From Acidobacteriaceae bacterium (lineage in GTDB: Bacteria; Acidobacteriota; Terriglobia; Terriglobales; Acidobacteriaceae): a stretch of DNA of 64,000 nt. Positions 44,926 to 51,898 of this stretch are shown here, one piece after another. Numbering within the stretch: the stretch's first letter is position 1; every line of letters begins with the position of its first letter. Location: the NCBI GenBank assembly GCA_003132325.1, contig PKXK01000075.1, positions 23,763 to 87,762 on the forward strand, read 5' to 3'. A program made the translations under genes and the position numbers. The notes under the pieces were generated by a model that was not told where the DNA came from, searched no databases, and saw nothing but the letters and a program-made list of their open reading frames with translations.

Positions 44926-45486
44926 TCAACGGGCCGGTTCGCCTCCGCCCGCATGCGGCAACGGACATGCGTACTCGACCTGGAAAACGGAATTGAACTT
45001 CTGAAACCCGGTGACGATGGCGAAATAGCAGCCCAGTTCGACTATCTCGGGATCGCTAAAGTGCTTGTGCAACAGCGCCAGCGTTTCTTCGTCGATTCGT
45101 CCCCACGAGCGGAACGCATGCCAATCCGCCAACTTCAAAATCGCTTTCTCCCGCTCGCTAAATGCAGGGGAATCCCAGTAATGATCGATGTCGTCGACTT
45201 TCTGTTGCGGAATGTTGTTTCGTCTGGCCCAGACGATGTTTGCGATTTTTCAATACTCGCAGCTATTCAACCGCGCCATCCGCAGCCGAGCCAACTCCTT
45301 CGTCTCCGATTCCACCCGCCCGTTCAGGCAGGACATATAGAAGTCGTTAAACTTCCGGAAAATCTCCGGAACGTGTGCCATGAACGCCGAGTACACGGAA
45401 TCCCCGATCCATTCCTGGTACATCTCCATGGTCTGCCGAATGTCGGGTTCCATCTTCTCCGGCGGCACTAGCGGTAAAACTGGCAT
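44926..45486 (-). CDS. AhpD/carboxymuconolactone-decarboxylase (CMD) family protein with in-frame TGA at 45250-45252 (candidate selenocysteine, C-E-Y-U), or a recent pseudogene
   Basis: ATG at 45486 follows AAGGAGG (5-nt spacing). It reads MPVLPL...RLRMARLNSCEY-TGA-KIANIVWARRNNIPQQKVDDIDHYWDSPAFSEREKAILKLADWHAF...GGEPAR. The two ORF-track pieces (45250-45942 tail and 44926-45138) are in the same frame with no other stop. The total of 186 codons fits the CMD family. Confidence 0.6.
45221..45235 (-). other. Hairpin 14 nt downstream of the in-frame UGA (candidate bacterial SECIS core)
   Basis: The mRNA reads UGA-AAAAUCGCAAACAU-CGUCUG-GGC-CAGACG, a 6-7 bp stem with a G-rich apical loop. Confidence 0.35.
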
Positions 45487-45506
45487 ACGACCTCCTTGAA
45501 TTGGCG

Positions 45507-46532
45507 TCAGCGGAACGCCGGCATCACTTCCTTGCCCCACAGTCTGAGGCAGTCGAGCACTTTCTCCCGCGCCGGTCCGCCGGGCAGGCGGAAGCGCATG
45601 ATCAAGTAGTCTACGTCGTAATCGCGCCCATACATCTGCGCCTGCCGAATGCAATCCTCCGGCGTGCCGGTAATGAAATGTTTGCGCGCCCGCTCGCGCG
45701 TGAAATCCGACTCCTTCTGGAACTCGGGATGATGCGTGAGAATCCCCCAGTGAAAATAGAATAGCCACTCCTGGATCGCGAGATCGAGAAAAACCTCGTC
45801 CGACTCTTCCCTGCGCGGTGAAACCCACCCATCGCGCATCAGCACGACCGTGGATTTGTTTCCGTGCTTCTTCGCTTCCTCGCGATAAATTCGCACCTGC
45901 TCGTTCCACACCTTGGGATCGAGCGGAAACGGATCGCTGCACCAGGCATCGCCCATTCGTCCCGCGCGGGCGATCGTCTTCGGGAACATCCCGCCCACCC
46001 AGATCTCCGGCCTCGGCTGCTGATAAGGCTTTGGTGTCAAACGAACATCTTTGAGATTCCAGAACTTCCCTTCATAAGAGAACTTGTCCTGGGTCCACGC
46101 CCGCATCATGATCTCGTAGGACTCCTCAAAGCGCGCCCCGCGCTCCTTGTAGGGAACGTCCACGAATTCCTGATATCCCGGGTGATACCCGGAGGCAATC
46201 CCCACAATGACTCGCCCATGGGACAGGTGATCGATCATGGCGAACTGTTCCGCCAGATGCATGGGGTTGTAGAGCGGCGGGATGCAGATGTAAGTGCCCA
46301 GCCGGGCGTTTGATGTGCGCGTGGCAAGGGTGGAAAGCAAGATCAAAGGCGACGGAAACATGCACTCGGTTCGCCCGTGCCGCTCCGGCACAACAATGGA
46401 GTGAAAGCCGCCCGCCTCGGCCAGGTCGGCTTCCTGCAGCAAATGATCGACAAACGCGCTCGTCTGATCGCGGCTTGGAGGCGGCTGATCGTAAGGCCCG
46501 CCATGGGTGTCCAGCAGATATCCGATCTTCAT
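45507..46532 (-). CDS. Luciferase-like (LLM) oxidoreductase
   Basis: Start MKIGYLLDTHGGPYD... Close paralog of 47989-49032. ..VIVGIASGYHPGY.., ..IWVGGMFPKTIARAGRMGDAW... Confidence 0.85.
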   Translation of the reverse strand: MKIGYLLDTHGGPYDQPPPSRDQTSAFVDHLLQEADLAEAGGFHSIVVPERHGRTECMFPSPLILLSTLATRTSNARLGTYICIPPLYNPMHLAEQFAMIDHLSHGRVIVGIASGYHPGYQEFVDVPYKERGARFEESYEIMMRAWTQDKFSYEGKFWNLKDVRLTPKPYQQPRPEIWVGGMFPKTIARAGRMGDAWCSDPFPLDPKVWNEQVRIYREEAKKHGNKSTVVLMRDGWVSPRREESDEVFLDLAIQEWLFYFHWGILTHHPEFQKESDFTRERARKHFITGTPEDCIRQAQMYGRDYDVDYLIMRFRLPGGPAREKVLDCLRLWGKEVMPAFR

Positions 46533-46543
46533 TCTTTTACCTG

Positions 46544-47578
46544 TCAGGAAAAATGGGAGATCACTTTCTCTCCCCACATGCGAATGCACTTCATCGTGCG
46601 TTCGTGATCCGGTCCCGTAGGATGCCGGAAGTAGCACACGATGTATTCACTGCCCACCGTTTCCCGGTAGCGTTCCACCTCTTCGATCACCTGCGAGGGC
46701 GTGCCGGCGATGTCGCGATTCGGAGCAATCCGCTCGAAGGTCCACTCCTCGTCCTTGATGGTGCGTACCCACGGCTCCCATTCGGTATTGAATCGCCCCG
46801 ACTCAAAGAACCCGAGATTCTTGTAGAACAGGTGCATGGCCCTCAGCCCCGGCCACCACACCTCCTCGACCTCTTTCCGTGTCTCGGCCACCCAGCAATC
46901 CCGGATCAGCACGGCTTCCGTCTTGTTGCCGTGGGTCGCTGCTTCCTTGCGGTAAATGTCCGCCCACGCCTTCATGACGTTGATGTGGTGCAGGGGATCG
47001 GAAATCCAGCCATCACCCAGGCGAGCGGCCCGCTTTAACGCCGGCTCCGACATGGCCCCGATCCAGATCGGGGGGTGCGGCTTTTGCACCGGGCGCGGCG
47101 TGATGCCCACATTTTCGTAGTGATGAAATTTTCCGGAATAAGAGAATTGGTTCTGCGACCAGGCCTGGCGGATCACCTGCACCTGCTCGTTGAACAGCGG
47201 AGCGGCATCCTTGATGTTCCTGCCGAAGAGCTTGAACTCCGGCTCGACCAGCCCCAAACCGACTCCCAGGATGGAGCGCCCGCGGGAGATGTTGTCGAGC
47301 ACCGCCCATTCTTCCGCGATATGGATCGCATCCCATTCGGGCAACTGCAGAATCGAGGTCCCCAGCCGGATCTTTTTCGTCCGGCTGGCGATCGCAGCCA
47401 GCAGCACCGCCGGCGCCGGGAGATACCCGTCGGGCATCATGTGATGTTCGGGTACGAACACCGAGTCGAAGCCGACGGCTTCCGCTAGTTCCGCCTCGCG
47501 CAACACTTCTTCGTACAGACGCGCGATATTACGCCCGTCCGGCGGATCCTGCGTGTTGACCAGCATGCCGAACTTCAC
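46544..47578 (-). CDS. Luciferase-like (LLM) oxidoreductase
   Basis: MKFGMLVNTQDPPDGRN.., ..SILGVGLGLVEPEF.., ..IWIGAMSEPALKRAARLGDGW... Confidence 0.85.
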   Translation of the reverse strand: MKFGMLVNTQDPPDGRNIARLYEEVLREAELAEAVGFDSVFVPEHHMMPDGYLPAPAVLLAAIASRTKKIRLGTSILQLPEWDAIHIAEEWAVLDNISRGRSILGVGLGLVEPEFKLFGRNIKDAAPLFNEQVQVIRQAWSQNQFSYSGKFHHYENVGITPRPVQKPHPPIWIGAMSEPALKRAARLGDGWISDPLHHINVMKAWADIYRKEAATHGNKTEAVLIRDCWVAETRKEVEEVWWPGLRAMHLFYKNLGFFESGRFNTEWEPWVRTIKDEEWTFERIAPNRDIAGTPSQVIEEVERYRETVGSEYIVCYFRHPTGPDHERTMKCIRMWGEKVISHFS

Positions 47579-47663
47579 TCAGGGCATCTCCAACCAAGGA
47601 GGGTGGGAAACTTGCCTGGCCTGTCAAAACCGAATCTCGCATCAGAATCCGACTGGCGTACCA

Positions 47664-47677
47664 AACAAACGTTTAGT
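47664..47677. promoter_or_regulatory. Operator-like palindrome, copy 5 (AACAAACGTTTAGT)
   Basis: 12/14 match. It lies 86 nt upstream of the 47578 start. A TTTAAT -10-like hexamer sits just upstream on the minus strand; there is no good -35. Confidence 0.6.
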
Positions 47678-47702
47678 TGATTAAACATCGCGCCTATTCT
47701 CA

Positions 47703-47731
47703 GCCGAAAACCGGCCCAAGTCAAGCCGGTT
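47703..47731 (-). terminator. Rho-independent-type terminator after the 47989-51215 operon
   Basis: The minus strand reads AACCGGC-ttgacttgg-GCCGGTT followed by TTCGG (four Ts counting the stem end): a 7-bp GC-rich stem with a 9-nt loop. Confidence 0.45.
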
Positions 47732-47988
47732 ACGCCCTAATTGGAATGTCCCGAAACGGTACCTCTGAAGGCTTGACTCCTGCTGTCTCGCACGCGGGCC
47801 ACGCGGGAGTGCCCTGATCCCGTTTTCTGCGGCATCGGCAGAACGTTCCCTTTCTACGGCGAACGGACCCCCCCTCCACTCACCCTTGCTTCGCAGACTT
47901 GGGCACCTCCGGTTTGTCTCACTACACCTTACCAGGGGACAACGGGTCACTACCCGCCTGAGCCCGGGACAAATCGAAACATGGGCTG

Positions 47989-49032
47989 CTATACCGCTGT
48001 GCCCCTCTGGCGGAAGTGCGGCAGCACTTCCTTTCCGAACAGACGCACCGCGTCCAGAACCTTCTTGGGCTCGGGCCCCTGTGGGAACCGGAATCGCAGG
48101 ACAAAGTAGTCCGCCCCGAAGTCCCGTTCATACATCTCCAGTTGGCGGATGCAGTCCTCGGGCGTGCCCGTTACGTAATGCTTGCGCATGCGGTCGGGCG
48201 TGAAGTCCGCCTCGGTCTTGAAGTCTGGGTGATGCGCTACGATGCCGAAACGGAAGTAGAACAGGAGTTCCCGAATGGCTTCTGACAGGAAGACTTCATC
48301 GGCCTCCTCGCGGCGCGGGCTGACCCACGCATCACGCATCAGCACCACCTGCGAGGGCCGCCCCTGTTCGGCGGCGGATTTCCGGTAGAGATTCACCTTC
48401 TCCCGCCAAACCACCGCATCCAGGGGAAACGGATCCGTGCACCACCCGTCACCCAGCCGCCCGGCCCGCGCGATAGTCTTGGGAAACATGCCGCCCAGCC
48501 ACAACTCTGGGCGCGGCTTCTGGAACGGGGTGGGCGTGAGCAGGACGTCCCGATACTGGAAGTACTTCCCTTCAAACGTGAAGCGCTGGCCGCTCCATGC
48601 CTTTTCCAGCACCTCCATGCCCTCTTCGAAGCGTCCGCCGCGCTCCTCGAACGGCACGCCGAAAAACTGGTTGTATCCGGGATGGTAGCCCGACGCCACC
48701 CCCAGGATGACGCGTCCCCGCGAGAGGTGATCAATCATGGCCACCTCCTCCGCGACGTGCATCGGGTTGTACAGGGGCAGGATCAGGATGTAGGTGCCCA
48801 GCCGGATGCGCGAAGTGCGTACGGCCATCGCCGCCATCAGCGTCAGTACGGAGGGGAACAGCGTCTCGGTCCGTCCGTGGCGCTCGCCCCACAGAACGGA
48901 GTCGAAGCCCGCCTCTTCCGCCGCCGTGGCCTCGCGGAATAACTGGTCGGTGAACGCACCCACGCGCTCGCGGTTCGGAGCGGGCATGTCGTAAGGGCCG
49001 CCGTGGGTGTCCAGGAACAGGCCGACCTTCAC
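47989..49032 (-). CDS. Luciferase-like (LLM) oxidoreductase
   Basis: GTG start directly after the upstream stop. (M)KVGLFLDTHGGPYDMPAPNRE.. Paralog of 45507-46532. Confidence 0.85.
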   Translation of the reverse strand: MKVGLFLDTHGGPYDMPAPNRERVGAFTDQLFREATAAEEAGFDSVLWGERHGRTETLFPSVLTLMAAMAVRTSRIRLGTYILILPLYNPMHVAEEVAMIDHLSRGRVILGVASGYHPGYNQFFGVPFEERGGRFEEGMEVLEKAWSGQRFTFEGKYFQYRDVLLTPTPFQKPRPELWLGGMFPKTIARAGRLGDGWCTDPFPLDAVVWREKVNLYRKSAAEQGRPSQVVLMRDAWVSPRREEADEVFLSEAIRELLFYFRFGIVAHHPDFKTEADFTPDRMRKHYVTGTPEDCIRQLEMYERDFGADYFVLRFRFPQGPEPKKVLDAVRLFGKEVLPHFRQRGTAV

Positions 49033-49722
49033 CTAGGCTTTCTCCCGAAACGCCGCCGACTGCTGGATCTGGACCATATCTCCCTCATGTCCCCTTACGT
49101 GGATCCGGTGGCGGCACGACTGCCCGCCGTGCAGGGACGACTCCAGTTCTTTGACCTCGACCCGCACGTCCTCACCGGGAAACTTCTCGAAGAGCACCTC
49201 GAACCACGCGGCGGTGCACTCACAGCGGTTCGTGTGCGACGAATCCTGGATGCTCACGTGCCGGTGCGCGATCAGCGGACATGCACACCCGCCGGTGGTC
49301 GCATCGCTCAGAAAAGTCTGCGGGTCTTTCACGACGCAGTGGCTCCCGCCCCACATCTGCTCCAGGTATCGCACGTAGGCGTTGAACCACGATTGAATGC
49401 TCGCACCGTCGTAACCGAACTTTGCCGCCAGATTCTTGTCGAATACGCCCTGGCACGAGCGCGCTCCATGCTTGTACACCTGGTGCGCGACCGACGTCGG
49501 CACCAGATCCAGGCCGTTCATCACGCCCTCGAGATGCTTGACCCGCAGGGCGCGCGGATCGCTGGCCGGCAGCTTGCACACGTGCTCCTCGGCGAAGCCC
49601 AGCACCCGTTGGCGGCTGGCGGGGTCGATTTCCAGCAGTCCTCGCTCCAAGGATGCCAAGTAATCCAGCACCCACTCCAGTGGCACGTCGCGGGCCGTCG
49701 CACTGACCTTCACTTCCTCCAT
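49033..49722 (-). CDS. Cys-rich hypothetical protein
   Basis: 229-aa ORF contiguous with the downstream LLM gene. It contains ..TTGGCACPLIAH.., ..NRCECTAAWFEVLFEKF.., ..GGQSCRHRIHV... It faintly resembles ATC-hydrolase-family C-termini, but this is not secure. Confidence 0.55.
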   Translation of the reverse strand: MEEVKVSATARDVPLEWVLDYLASLERGLLEIDPASRQRVLGFAEEHVCKLPASDPRALRVKHLEGVMNGLDLVPTSVAHQVYKHGARSCQGVFDKNLAAKFGYDGASIQSWFNAYVRYLEQMWGGSHCVVKDPQTFLSDATTGGCACPLIAHRHVSIQDSSHTNRCECTAAWFEVLFEKFPGEDVRVEVKELESSLHGGQSCRHRIHVRGHEGDMVQIQQSAAFREKA

Positions 49723-49753
49723 GGTTTCCTCTCTCCAGCCGGACTTCCCATGC

Positions 49754-50698
49754 CTATAGCACGAACTTTGTCCCCACGCTGTTCTGGACGAACGCCTCGG
49801 GCATCTCCCGTGCGATGGTGTGGATCGCCTTCCATCCCGTGCAGTGCCCGGGGGCGATCAGCACCGGGTTCAGCGCCTTAAGCTCGTTGAGCGTGTCGGG
49901 AATAATCGGATCGAAAGCCGGGCCCGACAGGTGGAAACCGCCAATCACCGCGCACACCCGGTCCACGCCGCTGATCTTGCGCGCGTGGCGGATGGTATTG
50001 ACCACTCCGGCATGGCCGCAGCCGGTCAGGATGACCAAGCCCTTGTCCTTCAGGTTCATGACCACCGCCTGGTCATCATGCACGCTGGGATCCGACTGCC
50101 ATTGCCCGCCGTCAAATGCGAAGTGGAACGGCAGACCCTTCTCGAAAGTTGTGGTTCGCTCGATCTGCCCCGTCACCAGCGCAAGACCGCCAAGGACGTA
50201 GCTAGCTTTGCGGTCTTCGACGAAGTCGATACCCTCCTGGCCCAGGCTCTGACGATCTGGAGGGGGCAACACAATCTCCCGTCCGTCGGGAAAACACACC
50301 TTCCTCTGCATCCCGGCATCGGGATGGAGCAGCATTGGCAGCCGACGGCTTCCAAGACGCTTGGCCAGTCCCATCAGCCCGTTGGAGTGATCGGCGTGTC
50401 CATGACTGAGCACGATAGCGTGCAGTTCATGGGCCTTGATTCCGAGGACGTCCATGTTGTGGGTCAGTCCACCCCAGCTCAACCCTGCGTCAAACAGGAA
50501 CGATTCCCGGCGATCACCCGACTCCACCGTCACCAGCGCTGAGAAGCCGTGCTCCGCAACCAGTGTGTCGGAAAGGAAGAAATCTCGCTGAAGAACGTAC
50601 CGCTTGACCGTGTCCGTGCTGGGCAACAGCACGTCTACCATGTTATCGAGGATGGTCGTGATCTCGACCTTGTCGGCCAACTTTAACTCCCCCGTCAT
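49754..50698 (-). CDS. MBL-fold metallo-hydrolase
   Basis: ..ITTILDN.., ..EHGFSALV.., ..IVLSHGHADHSNGL.. (HxHxDH), ..LTGCGHAG... Confidence 0.85.
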   Translation of the reverse strand: MTGELKLADKVEITTILDNMVDVLLPSTDTVKRYVLQRDFFLSDTLVAEHGFSALVTVESGDRRESFLFDAGLSWGGLTHNMDVLGIKAHELHAIVLSHGHADHSNGLMGLAKRLGSRRLPMLLHPDAGMQRKVCFPDGREIVLPPPDRQSLGQEGIDFVEDRKASYVLGGLALVTGQIERTTTFEKGLPFHFAFDGGQWQSDPSVHDDQAVVMNLKDKGLVILTGCGHAGVVNTIRHARKISGVDRVCAVIGGFHLSGPAFDPIIPDTLNELKALNPVLIAPGHCTGWKAIHTIAREMPEAFVQNSVGTKFVL

Positions 50699-50801
50699 TC
50701 GTCGTGCCCTGCCTTCCTCTGCGCGAACTGTTCGTCGAGCGCAGGAATGGGATATCTTTCGCCGTCACTGCCTGGGGCAAGTCATCCGTGCCACGCGCGT
50801 G

Positions 50802-51215
50802 TTACGACTTCCCGGGTAATCCCCCGAGCATCTGCAGAACCTTCGCGCTGTCGTAAACGATCCACAAACGCTTGATCAGCCCGCTCTCGACCGTGAACAC
50901 ATCCACGGCATCGAACACAACGTCGCGTCCGGTATTGGTCGTTCCTTTAAAGTGGATCTGCGCGGCCACGGTGCCGTCCGCGCTGTGGAACCAGCGCGTG
51001 ATTTCGTCGTGCCGCTTGACGTAAAACTTGAATACATCGGCGTAGAAAGCGGCCACATTCGCTCTTCCGATGACCGGCTCTCGCGCAGGAAAGTGGACCT
51101 CGGCGTCCTCGGCAAAGGCTTTGGCTATCGCCGCGGTGCTTTCGGCATGAACGGCGTCGAAGTAGGCTTTGGCGGCGGCCTCGGCCGAGCCGCGTTGAGT
51201 GGATGTCTGCGTCAT
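50802..51215 (-). CDS. NTF2/SnoaL-like fold protein (paralog of 38607-39005)
   Basis: Start MTQTSTQ follows RBS GAGGGA. ..AKAYFDAVHA.., ..VVFDAVDVFTVESGLIKRLWIVYDSAKVLQMLGGLP... Confidence 0.75.
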   Translation of the reverse strand: MTQTSTQRGSAEAAAKAYFDAVHAESTAAIAKAFAEDAEVHFPAREPVIGRANVAAFYADVFKFYVKRHDEITRWFHSADGTVAAQIHFKGTTNTGRDVVFDAVDVFTVESGLIKRLWIVYDSAKVLQMLGGLPGKS

Positions 51216-51244
51216 GTGTTCCCTCGGAAATTCGCTGTGGCCAG

Positions 51245-51273
51245 AATCTACCAAACGTTTGTCTTGTTGTCAA
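51245..51273 (-). promoter_or_regulatory. Sigma70-type promoter TTGACA-17-TAGATT
   Basis: The minus strand reads TTGACA acaagacaaacgtttgg TAGATT, about 30 nt upstream of the 51215 start. Confidence 0.55.
51250..51263. promoter_or_regulatory. Operator-like palindrome, copy 6 (ACCAAACGTTTGTC)
   Basis: 12/14 match. It lies inside the 17-nt spacer of the promoter at 51245-51273. Confidence 0.65.
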
Positions 51274-51316
51274 GAAATGCGAAGTCGTGCCTGCTCGGTA
51301 ACGCCCTCAGAGGGCC

Positions 51317-51823
51317 TCAGCCGCTTGCCTTTTCCACCCGGAACATCTTTTCCCCATCGAAGGTCCGCATCTTCTCCACGTGCACAATCAGAACCAGACG
51401 ATCCGGGCTCAGATAGCGTTGAATTTCCTTCTCCTGCTGCGCCGGGGGGAAAGGTTTCAGCGCATTGGCCACGGTTGCTTCTGCCCACCGTCGCACCGTT
51501 TGTGGATTTTCGCAGAACTCCACCCTGCCCCGAATCGTAACCTGTTTCAGTCCGCTGCCCTGGAAACAGATGGAAATCGCCGGGTTCCGGCGCAGCGCCT
51601 TCACCTTGTCCCGGTTGCGGGTTGAGGTCAGCATGATCGTGCCCTCGATCACGGCGTAGGCCATCTCGCACACCACCGGCTCACACGCCCTGGTCACCCA
51701 GCCGATCACGCACTTCCACGGAGGCCCGTCGATGATCCGCCAGGCCTCTTCCTCCGAGAGCACGAACGAGTCGAGATACTGGCGTATCCACCAGGACGGA
51801 TGAGGCGCATCGTCAGACTTCAT
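51317..51823 (-). CDS. Pyridoxamine-5'-phosphate-oxidase-like split-barrel protein (PPOX/FDOR class, possibly F420- or FMN-dependent)
   Basis: ..IMLTSTRNRDKVKALRRNPAISICF.., ..VTIRGRVEF.. match the PPOX-class pattern. Confidence 0.7.
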   Translation of the reverse strand: MKSDDAPHPSWWIRQYLDSFVLSEEEAWRIIDGPPWKCVIGWVTRACEPVVCEMAYAVIEGTIMLTSTRNRDKVKALRRNPAISICFQGSGLKQVTIRGRVEFCENPQTVRRWAEATVANALKPFPPAQQEKEIQRYLSPDRLVLIVHVEKMRTFDGEKMFRVEKASG

Positions 51824-51841
51824 ACCCGTAGGCCGCTCAAA

Positions 51842-51879
51842 CAGAGAAAATGGCCGCGAGGCTGGTTCGCTCCGCGGCC
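51842..51879 (-). terminator. Rho-independent-type terminator after the TonB-receptor gene
   Basis: The minus strand reads GGCCGCG-gagcgaaccagcct-CGCGGCC followed by ATTTTCTCTGTTT. Confidence 0.5.
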
Positions 51880-51898
51880 CACGCTAGAGAAATGCGGT

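Noticed and set aside
45487-45942. N-terminal 152 residues of the 230-aa ORF 45250-45942
   Set aside because: This part overlaps the end of the LLM gene 45507-46532 in another frame and is Arg/Gly-rich. The real start is ATG 45486, which has a strong RBS.
47880-47990. tRNA-like start on the minus strand (GGAGGTGCCCAAGTCTGCGAAGCAAGGG resembles a class II tRNA D-arm)
   Set aside because: There is no GTTCRA T-loop, no acceptor-stem complement and no plausible anticodon arm downstream, so I do not call a tRNA or tRNA-Sec.
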